Shown: piece by piece, positions 7,467 through 14,044 of the stretch | Numbering within the stretch: the stretch's first letter is position 1 | Layout: each line of letters begins with the position of its first letter | DNA from: an uncultured Pseudomonadales bacterium | GTDB lineage: Bacteria; Patescibacteriota; Microgenomatia; UBA1400; UBA12108 | NCBI GenBank assembly: GCA_964493295.1 | Contig: CAZBML010000001.1 | Coordinates: 4,078 to 28,500 of the forward strand | Reading direction: 5' to 3' | DNA: 24,423 bases | Notes under the pieces: model-generated | Databases searched by the model: none | What the model was told of the DNA's origin: nothing | The model's input: the letters and a program-made list of their open reading frames with translations, nothing else | Program-made: the position numbers and the translations under genes

Positions 7467-7575
7467 TTTGCCGCCATTCCAAGTCGAAAATCGGTGATAT
7501 TCGTCTGGTGACGAATTCACCTAGTTCTCGGCCTACCCGGCCTGCGCAATTTTTTCTTTTGGAACGAGCGGCAAA
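7467..7575. other. Intergenic structured element (outer stem plus internal hairpins); candidate ncRNA or MITE-like repeat
   Basis: TTTGCCGC..TTCCAA (7467-7482) is complementary to TTGGAA...GCGGCAAA (7559-7575). Internal hairpin GGTGA-t-ATTCGTC-tggt-GACGAAT-TCACC at 7493-7521. Confidence 0.5.
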
Positions 7576-7590
7576 CTCTTTCCCATTTTT

Positions 7591-8490
7591 ATGAAGAAGT
7601 ACGCATTTTATCTGGTAGGAATGTTGATAGGTTTTGTGATGCTTGTGGTGGGACAGCTACCGGGAGAGAAAGCCAAAATGGTGGTGTGTGATGTGGGGCA
7701 GGGGGACGCGATCCTGATAATCAAAGGTAGTAACCAGGTTTTGATCGACGGCGGACCAAGCGGAGAGAAAGTACTCGCCTGCCTGGGAGAGCACTTACCG
7801 TTTTGGGATCGCACAATAGAGCTTATAGTTTTGAGTAACACAGATTATGATCATCTCAACGGGCTAAGTAGTGTAGTAGAGAGATACGAGGTGATGCAGT
7901 TTGTAACATCTGACGGGGTACACAGTAGTGATTCTTTAAACAAACTAATTGATAGACTGGCATTGGCAGGAATAAAAGTAGTGGCAGTGGAGAGAGGGGA
8001 TGTGATCAGGGTGGGTAGGGGCGATACTATGTCAGAACTGATCTTTGAGGTGTTATGGCCGCCCATGACCGATCAGCAGAATGTTGCGATCTTTAGTGGC
8101 CAAATGGCAGAATCACAGCGTGAGCAGATACTAGGGGCGAGTGCCAAACGGGGTAACCTCAATGAGAGGTCCGTTGTGCTCTATTTACTAGAGGGTGGGG
8201 TAAAAATAATGCTAAGTGCTGACTCTGGAGACCAGACAGAGAAAGAACTGATCAAGCTGGGCAACGTGCCTGACATTGATATACTCAAAGTAGGTCATCA
8301 TGGATCAAAGTATGCCAGTACCACAGAATTCTTGGATTTAATCAAACCAGAACTCGCCATAATCTCCGTGGGTGCAAAAAACAGGTATGGCCACCCGACG
8401 AATGAAACCATAGAGCGGCTAAAGCAAATAGGTGCACAGATAAAGCGAACCGACCAAGAAGGAACGATAGTGATCCCGCTCGCCAAATAA
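7591..8490 (+). CDS. ComEC-associated metallo-beta-lactamase-fold hydrolase (split ComEC C-terminal domain)
   Basis: DVGQGDAILI, LIDGGP, PFWDRTIEL.VLSNTDYDHLNGL, NERSVVL, DILKVGHHGSKYAS, AIISVGAKNRYGHPT.ET. The canonical HxHxDH reads N-T-D-Y-D-H here. Confidence 0.92.
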   Translation: MKKYAFYLVGMLIGFVMLVVGQLPGEKAKMVVCDVGQGDAILIIKGSNQVLIDGGPSGEKVLACLGEHLPFWDRTIELIVLSNTDYDHLNGLSSVVERYEVMQFVTSDGVHSSDSLNKLIDRLALAGIKVVAVERGDVIRVGRGDTMSELIFEVLWPPMTDQQNVAIFSGQMAESQREQILGASAKRGNLNERSVVLYLLEGGVKIMLSADSGDQTEKELIKLGNVPDIDILKVGHHGSKYASTTEFLDLIKPELAIISVGAKNRYGHPTNETIERLKQIGAQIKRTDQEGTIVIPLAK

Positions 8491-8500
8491 AAATATCAAA

Positions 8501-8534
8501 TGCTACCATGCTCTGTATCATGAGAGCGGTGGGG
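8501..8534. repeat. Degenerate orphan copy of the TrpR-upstream palindrome
   Basis: tgctaccatgctctgtatcatgagagcggtgggg vs tgctaccgtgttctagaacatgagagcggtgggg (13787-13820); 29/34 identical. Confidence 0.8.
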
Positions 8535-8550
8535 TGGGTGCTGGGAACTG

Positions 8551-8780
8551 ATTGGTGGAATAGTGTAACTGTGGAAGTGTGGAGTTGGTATACGGTGAGG
8601 TCGCGAGACAGTGGAGTCGGGAGACTATGGAATTGGGTGGCTTGCAAATGTGTAGCGATCTAACTCTACAATGATGCAAGTGCGAATTGTGCAGCTGAAA
8701 AACGAGGGAGAGAGGGAGATGAGGAGTCGATTGAACGCGTAGTCGCAAAACCGTAGAGCCGTGAAATCGTAGAACTAGGA
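8551..8780. repeat. Three degenerate octamer tracts in the intergenic region
   Basis: attggtgg aatagtgt aactgtgg aagtgtgg agttggta (8551-8590); gacagtgg agtcggga gactatgg aattgggt (8607-8638); aaccgtag agccgtga aatcgtag aactagga (8749-8780). Confidence 0.55.
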
Positions 8781-8952
8781 CATTGCTATGCTGTGGGTAG
8801 GGCTAGGTAGTCAACTATCAATCTCAGATATCGAATGCTAACAGGTTAATTAATACGAGTGCTAAAAATGTGAATACGTCCACAAAGGGGTAAAGTATTT
8901 ACTAGTTTTTACAACTTGTAAAGCTTTGGTAAAGTTGGATGATATGAAAGCT

Positions 8953-8980
8953 AAGATTTAAGATTTATGATTTAGGATGT
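8953..8980. repeat. Heptamer array, 4 units
   Basis: aagattt aagattt atgattt aggatgt. Confidence 0.75.
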
Positions 8981-9265
8981 AAATAAATATAGGGTAAGAG
9001 GAGCGCAAAGTCGAAATTAAATTGTATAAATAATGTTTTGATCCGCTCATTTGATGGATATATAATCTTTTTACCAGGTCTATATCTTATAAATAGAGAG
9101 TAATAATTGTGATCATTGGAGGAGCTTATCTCAGCTGAGTGATGTCGCTGATAGTTTTTTTGATCTAGAGGTCACGATTTATCTCGATAGATATAGGACT
9201 AATCTAGACTTGGTTGGAGAGTGGTAAAAACTAGGAAAAACTGGGTTGTGATACGATGGAGAGAT

Positions 9266-9652
9266 ATGCTAGAGATGGCTTTGTACGCTGCGATAGCCCC
9301 AGTGATTTTGCTCTTGTTGAGCTCGGTAGTCAGCTACCCAGCCGTACTGGAGGAAGTGGTAAAGTGGGGGATACTCAGATTTAGGATTGATGATTTACGA
9401 TTGAGGGTTTATGACGGAGCGGTAGTGGGACTCGTGTTTGGGTTGTCGGAAGCGGTGCTGTATTTGAGCACTACGTGGGGCAGTGGGCAATGGAACTCTT
9501 TGGGATGGCGACTAATTTTGACCGTACCTATGCACACATTGAGTGGTGCAATCATTGGGATAGGACGAGGTGTGCGAGGGGGATGGATACTCGTGTTTGT
9601 GGCGATGGCAATCCATGCTGGATTTAATTATTGGGCATCATTGACGTTGTAG
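9266..9652 (+). CDS. prsW: PrsW-family intramembrane metalloprotease (short form)
   Basis: EE..K, G..G..FG..E, R....VPMH and H..FN motifs. Start moved from GTG 9221 to ATG 9266, which has TGaTACGAT 8 nt upstream. Confidence 0.8.
   Translation: MLEMALYAAIAPVILLLLSSVVSYPAVLEEVVKWGILRFRIDDLRLRVYDGAVVGLVFGLSEAVLYLSTTWGSGQWNSLGWRLILTVPMHTLSGAIIGIGRGVRGGWILVFVAMAIHAGFNYWASLTL
9376..9410 (+). repeat. Heptamer array, 5 units, translated inside prsW (RFRIDDLRLRV)
   Basis: cagattt aggattg atgattt acgattg agggttt. Confidence 0.8.
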
Positions 9653-10227
9653 CGCAAACAAATATAGTTGGTGTCGAAAGTCGTAGTTTCTATGAGTGTG
9701 AGAGTGCGAGGACTGTGAAGTCCAAGTGAGGTCACGGGAGTGCCCGATTCGCCTACTACCAAAGGATAGATAATCAACGTCAAATGATCGACCAAGTTGT
9801 GCTCGAGCCAAGATGCGTTCATCGGGGTAGAGTGGAGAGTGAGGCGAGCTATTTTGAGTCGTGCTAGATAAGTTAAGATGTGGGTGGGAGATTGGGGGGT
9901 ACGTAATATGACCAGTTTGCTCACCGAGCGTCGCAGATAAGCGATGCCAGATTTTGTCAGGACACGATTGAAATCGAGGACAACTAGCGAGAGATGGGAG
10001 CGAGTCGGCGAGCCGGTTTTTTGATTGACTCCAGAGAGGGCCATGACCTCGCCGGTTGTGAGGGCGTAGTCGCCTGACCCGCTAAAATCGAAGAACTGTT
10101 GGAGGTAGCCTAGAACACCCGGTGTTGTGCGCCAGGATGGGTTGTGGTCGGTGAGGATGGCGTCGCGGGAGACGAGCTTGCCGTCGGCTGAGATGGGTAA
10201 AATGAGAGTGGTCGTCGGACGTGGCAT
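9628..10227 (-). CDS. RibD C-terminal / dihydrofolate-reductase-like family protein
   Basis: N-terminal ISADGKL, late L..NLVDHLTLIIYPLVVG..GTP and a C-terminal beta strand ICLRY; TGcTATACT 6 nt before the ATG. Catalytic residues look divergent. Confidence 0.7.
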   Translation of the reverse strand: MPRPTTTLILPISADGKLVSRDAILTDHNPSWRTTPGVLGYLQQFFDFSGSGDYALTTGEVMALSGVNQKTGSPTRSHLSLVVLDFNRVLTKSGIAYLRRSVSKLVILRTPQSPTHILTYLARLKIARLTLHSTPMNASWLEHNLVDHLTLIIYPLVVGESGTPVTSLGLHSPRTLTLIETTTFDTNYICLRYNVNDAQ

Positions 10228-10303
10228 GAAGCTAGTATAGCAGTGAAATAAAAGTAGTCATTCAACCTGACATATTTCTGATTTTGCGAAGGTTATTTTG
10301 TGC

Positions 10304-10424
10304 AAAAACTGCCGGACGCAAATTTTGATCTCCGGTACAGGCGACTTCGTGCCTGTAATGCCCGCCTGCAACGCTTGTGCGTAGCACTACGGGCAGGTCG
10401 ACAAAATTTCATCCGTCAGCTTTT
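10304..10424 (-). ncRNA. Candidate structured RNA (about 121 nt; long closing stem plus two hairpins), family unknown
   Basis: Minus strand AAAAGCUGACGGAUG-AAAUUUUG pairs with CAAAAUUU-GCGUCCGGCAGUUUUU. Internal hairpins UGCCCG...CGGGCA and UACAGGC...GCCUGUA. G-U wobbles occur only in the minus-strand reading. Confidence 0.4.
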
Positions 10425-10451
10425 CCATTATCAACTTTTCCATAAAGAAAA

Positions 10452-12992
10452 CTATTTACCTTCAATAAACTTGGAGTGGACCCAGTAACCCTTGCCATCA
10501 TCGGTGGGGGCAAAACCGATTTGGCGCCATTCACCCTCGGATTTGAAAATATAAACATCAACTGATTGTTTGATTGCCATGATGATGTCGGCAGTGGAGC
10601 TCGGGGCGTTGCGTAGGTTGACCGACGAATCATCTGGGACGACGAGGGTCGATTGGGAGGTATTGGTGGTAGTCTCGCCGAGGATAGATTTTTCGGATTT
10701 GACTTCAATGGTGTCGTGCTTGTCTGGTGCGTGGGTAGGGACGGGAGTGGGCGAGGGGATCATACTTGCTGGTGGAGCCACTTGATTGATGGTTTGTGGA
10801 TCTACCTTGGGCGTGGCAAGCCTGGTCAAAGCGATAGTTGAGATAGCCGTGACAATAACTACGGCAGTAATGATGGCTGGCAGGCGCCAGCTAGGGACTG
10901 GCGCTGATTCGAGACTAGTTTTTGTGGAGGTTGGCAAGGGAGTCGCAGATTCCTGTGGGGTGATGCCGAGTTTTTTGAAGTAAAGAGAGAGAAAAATAAA
11001 CCCAGCCACAACTACCAAGATAATCCCCCAAACCGCGACAGTTTGGACTCCACCCACAAAGCCAAAGACAGAACCAGTGCCAGAGGATTGAGCGACCAGA
11101 TCTTCGAGCCGATTCATGTTGGCGGTGACTTTGGTGAGCTCTAGCTTGGCTTCGCGATAGGTGCGAATGCGATTTTCGGGGGTGACGGCTTTGCCGGTTG
11201 CGAGCACGACTTTGTCCAGGGTCACGTCGATGTCAGATTTGAGAGTGGTACCCTGGGAAAAGTAAGCGGTCTTTTCCAGTGGCTTGAGGAGGTTACTGGC
11301 TTGATTGCGGAGAGTCTGGATTTCGTCTGGGGATAACTGCCAGATATCTTCGAGTTCGATAAAAATCAACTTGGTTTCTTTGGGTTTGAGGCTGTATGAG
11401 CCAGAGGCGTAGAGCGCCTCTTCTTTGGGGTCGTAGGTGGTAGAGAGCGAGGAGTCGAGCTCGATAATGTCGGTCGTTTTGACTTCGCGGGGCAAGTAAA
11501 ATTTGAGCGGGACAGTTTGGCTGATCACGGGACTCGGGTTGGTGATGACCGCGCGGAAAATAATACTACCTTCTTCGAGCCAGAGTGAGCGGATGGGCTG
11601 TCCGACGTTGAGGGCGAGGAGCTGGGTATTTAAACCGATCAGAGCTTGTAGAGAGTAGAGAATATTTTTGAAATTGAGACGGGGGTCAGAGCCAGTTTTG
11701 GCTGGAGAAGCCAGAGAGTCGCCACCAGGGAATTGATTGAGAGTCAAGAGTCTTGATTTGATTTGATTGACTTCACTTTCGGTAGATTTTAGTCCCTGGC
11801 CACTCAAGTTTTCGAGGACGGCGGCGATTTTTTGATTTTCACTGCGCAAAGTTTGATGGCGCTCGCTGACAGATGACAAATAGCCAAACATGGTTTGGTC
11901 ACCGCTGACATTGGTGGTGTCACCGAGCACTGCTTCGAGGGTGTCGAGGGTGGTCAAGCTAGAGAGGAGGGTAGGCGGAGCGAGCTTGGTTTTGTTGATG
12001 GTGGTCGAGCTCAGGAGAGTCGAGAGCTCTTGTTTGAGGGTTTCGATGTTGGCGTTGAGGGTGGTAACCGCCTGGGTATCCCAGGATTTGGTGAGCTCGA
12101 TGAGGGGGTCGGAGTTTTGGAACAGGCTGGCAATAGAGGTGATTTCGCTGGCTACAGCGTCTTTAGTCAAACGATCCCATTTGCTATCGAGGACAAGGAG
12201 ACGTGATTTGGCGGTTGAGATGTGGTCAAAGAGGAGGCTGGCGTTTTTGCGGCTTTGCTCGAGCTTGGTTTCGAGATCGGGCAGACTCTCGCCGTCTTCG
12301 AGGGAGAGGGAGATGACGGGGGCGTTGACGATTTTTTCGAGGAGTTCGCGCTGGACTTTTTGCTCGGCCAAAATGCTTTCAAGGGAGGAGGGGAGAGGGG
12401 TGCTAGAGGATAAAGCCCGGTTGTCGACGCCCCAGATGTCTGTAACCAGCGATCCAAACGAAGTCATGGTGCGAGAGGAGTAACCCCAGATATCGCTGAC
12501 CAGGTTGCCAAAGGAAGTGAGGGTGCGACCTGAGTAGTTCCAGATATCTGAAACGAGAGTGCCGTACCCGGTCAATGTGCGGTCGGAGTAGCTCCAGATA
12601 GAGGCCGCAGTGAGTGAGGAACCGGACTCTGCTTTAACTTCAAAGGTTTTGTCGAGACAGAGATAGTCGGAGCCGGCAGTGCAACAAATGCTCGCAGGGT
12701 AGAGGCCGGTAGTCGTGTCCGTCGTGGCGTCGTATTTGTACCAGCCGTCGGCTGAGCCCGTCATAGCGACACCGTTTAAAAAAGTGGTGCCACCGGGATA
12801 CTTGGCGGTGAGGGTACAAGCCGCGCCGGTTAGGGGGGGGTAGTCGTCGTCGTATAAATACTCACCAATCGTACAGGTGGCAGAGGTGGTACATTGCTGG
12901 TAGTCAGTGGCGCGGGTATGCGCTGGAGCCGCCAGCGCAATTGAGCTAATTAGGCAGATTAGGTAAATTTGGCGAATTAGGTTCCGGGGCAT
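10452..12992 (-). CDS. Large exported/membrane protein: signal peptide, Cys-rich domain, 18-aa repeats, coiled coil, 2 TM segments, C-terminal bacterial SH3-like domain
   Basis: Hydrophobic N-terminus ending A-H-T-R-A; TMs at VWGIILVVVAGFIFLSLYF and AIITAVVIVTAISTIAL; SH3-like VNLRNAPS...EGEWRQI...GYWVHSKFI. Confidence 0.85.
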   Translation of the reverse strand: MPRNLIRQIYLICLISSIALAAPAHTRATDYQQCTTSATCTIGEYLYDDDYPPLTGAACTLTAKYPGGTTFLNGVAMTGSADGWYKYDATTDTTTGLYPASICCTAGSDYLCLDKTFEVKAESGSSLTAASIWSYSDRTLTGYGTLVSDIWNYSGRTLTSFGNLVSDIWGYSSRTMTSFGSLVTDIWGVDNRALSSSTPLPSSLESILAEQKVQRELLEKIVNAPVISLSLEDGESLPDLETKLEQSRKNASLLFDHISTAKSRLLVLDSKWDRLTKDAVASEITSIASLFQNSDPLIELTKSWDTQAVTTLNANIETLKQELSTLLSSTTINKTKLAPPTLLSSLTTLDTLEAVLGDTTNVSGDQTMFGYLSSVSERHQTLRSENQKIAAVLENLSGQGLKSTESEVNQIKSRLLTLNQFPGGDSLASPAKTGSDPRLNFKNILYSLQALIGLNTQLLALNVGQPIRSLWLEEGSIIFRAVITNPSPVISQTVPLKFYLPREVKTTDIIELDSSLSTTYDPKEEALYASGSYSLKPKETKLIFIELEDIWQLSPDEIQTLRNQASNLLKPLEKTAYFSQGTTLKSDIDVTLDKVVLATGKAVTPENRIRTYREAKLELTKVTANMNRLEDLVAQSSGTGSVFGFVGGVQTVAVWGIILVVVAGFIFLSLYFKKLGITPQESATPLPTSTKTSLESAPVPSWRLPAIITAVVIVTAISTIALTRLATPKVDPQTINQVAPPASMIPSPTPVPTHAPDKHDTIEVKSEKSILGETTTNTSQSTLVVPDDSSVNLRNAPSSTADIIMAIKQSVDVYIFKSEGEWRQIGFAPTDDGKGYWVHSKFIEGK
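12408..12605 (-). repeat. Four 54-bp (18-aa) coding repeats xxIWxYSxRTLTxFGxLV
   Basis: ASIWSYSDRTLTGYGTLV / SDIWNYSGRTLTSFGNLV / SDIWGYSSRTMTSFGSLV / TDIWGVDNRALS. Confidence 0.9.
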
Positions 12993-12998
12993 AGTAAG

Positions 12999-13181
12999 TT
13001 AGGTTTTTTTCTTGCTAATTTTTTTGTCTTCTTCGTCGTCATCGTCGTTTAGACCAGCGCGGAATTCTTTCATTGCTTGGGCAATGCCGCGAGCCAGCTC
13101 GGGGAATTTTTGCCCGCCGAATAAGACCATGAGGACGACTGCGATAATAATGATTTCACCGGTGCCAATATTTTGAAACAT
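12999..13181 (-). CDS. tatA: Twin-arginine translocase TatA/TatE subunit
   Basis: IG..EIIII..V...LFGG.K.PELARGI..A.KEFR plus an acidic tail; SD AGGAG upstream. Confidence 0.93.
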   Translation of the reverse strand: MFQNIGTGEIIIIAVVLMVLFGGQKFPELARGIAQAMKEFRAGLNDDDDEEDKKISKKKT

Positions 13182-13257
13182 ACAACTCCTTTGCTTATTA
13201 CTATAGTTCCAGTGTATTGATTATTGAGGGTGGTGTCAAGGCAGGAAAGAGGGATAT

Positions 13258-13701
13258 TTAGAACGATTTTTTGCGTTTGGATCTAGCTTGATTGGTTCGC
13301 TGGTAGTGAGCGCTCCAGTTGGTACCTTTTGGGGGTAAAAGATGATCAATTTTTTCTTCGATTTTGTCAAAAAAACTGCGGATTTTTTCGACCCTGAGCA
13401 TGCGATCCACGACTAGTTGGTAGCCGTTGTTTTTGCCTTTGAGGGTGAGACTAATTTTGTTGACCGTGCTCAAACCTACTTTGAGGGTACCCACAATGCT
13501 CCTTTGGGAGTAGCCCTTTTTGATCATGTAGGCGATCGCAAGCCGCTTGCCGAGCATGATTTGCTCGGTAGGAGACAAGAGGTCCTCGACAAAACTACTG
13601 ACTGCGTCCCTCGAGCTCAGGCTCGAAAGTGTAGAAATAAACATCTCAAAAATCTGACCAGAAACTTTGGGTGGCAAGTATTTGCGTGAAACTTGTGACA
13701 T
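13258..13701 (-). CDS. TrpR/YerC/YecD-like helix-turn-helix regulator
   Basis: DLLSPTEQIMLGKRLAIAYM...G.SQRSI...LKVGLSTVNK; SD GGAGG upstream. Confidence 0.85.
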   Translation of the reverse strand: MSQVSRKYLPPKVSGQIFEMFISTLSSLSSRDAVSSFVEDLLSPTEQIMLGKRLAIAYMIKKGYSQRSIVGTLKVGLSTVNKISLTLKGKNNGYQLVVDRMLRVEKIRSFFDKIEEKIDHLLPPKGTNWSAHYQRTNQARSKRKKSF

Positions 13702-13730
13702 ATAAAACCTCCATCGTAACGAATATTTAT

Positions 13731-13762
13731 TATGCTACCATGTTCTAGAACATGGTAGCATA
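13731..13762. promoter_or_regulatory. Perfect 32-bp palindrome over the predicted -10 of the TrpR-like gene (putative operator)
   Basis: TATGCTACCATGTTCT|AGAACATGGTAGCATA. The minus strand reads TTTACA-18 nt-TACCAT, with TG just upstream of the -10. Confidence 0.8.
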
Positions 13763-13786
13763 GGTAAAAGTGTGTTGTAAAGTAGG

Positions 13787-13813
13787 TGCTACCGTGTTCT
13801 AGAACATGAGAGC
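13787..13813. promoter_or_regulatory. Second, imperfect copy of the palindrome
   Basis: TGCTACCGTGTTCT|AGAACATGAGAGC; its centre is 54 bp from the first copy's centre. Confidence 0.75.
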
Positions 13814-13834
13814 GGTGGGGAGGGAGCAGGGGAG

Positions 13835-13905
13835 AGGATTTAGGAAGTAGGAAGGCAGGATTTAGGAATTAGGAGTTAGGAAATAGGAATTAGGATTTAA
13901 GAAAG
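13835..13905. repeat. Heptamer array, about 10 units (AGGAWWT)
   Basis: aggattt aggaagt aggaagg c aggattt aggaatt aggagtt aggaaat aggaatt aggattt aagaaag. Confidence 0.9.
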
Positions 13906-14029
13906 GGGAGACAGGAGAAAGAGTCGGGGGACTGGTCGAAGTAGATCGAAGTACCTACTGAGTTGACGGTAGGCGGCGAGGTGGGAAAAGCAGACACAGG
14001 AGGAGGGCGGCGAAGCGACAGAGTGGCTG

Positions 14030-14036
14030 GTATACT
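14030..14036 (+). promoter_or_regulatory. Extended -10 promoter TGgTATACT, 8 nt before the ATG at 14045
   Basis: ...ggcTGgTATACTaaagaggtATG. Confidence 0.65.
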
Positions 14037-14044
14037 AAAGAGGT

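Noticed and set aside
7277-7594. 105-aa plus-strand ORF bridging comEC and the MBL gene (possible frameshift fusion)
   Set aside because: comEC ends with a normal hydrophobic C-terminus, the MBL gene has its own ATG and TM anchor, the bridging peptide looks non-coding, and it lies over a hairpin element.
8342-8748. Minus-strand ORFs 8342..8647 and 8518..8748
   Set aside because: They are His/Ser/Pro-rich translations of G-rich octamer repeats with no start signals.
10301-10330. GCAAA...GGACGCAAA on the plus strand resembles a c-di-GMP-I riboswitch
   Set aside because: The GNRA-capped hairpin required between the two motifs is missing (only 7-8 nt), and the segment is better explained as one arm of the 10304-10424 stem.
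10270-10443. Short minus-strand ORF MEKLIMEKLTDEILSTCP*CY..., a possible TAG read-through giving CPxC
   Set aside because: The continuation has no protein-like motif, TAG/TAA/TGA all act as stops elsewhere in the window, and the sequence is dominated by base-pairing structure.
13935-13985. TCGAAGTA direct repeat and CCTAC...GTAGG hairpin upstream of giant A
   Set aside because: Too short to distinguish from chance.
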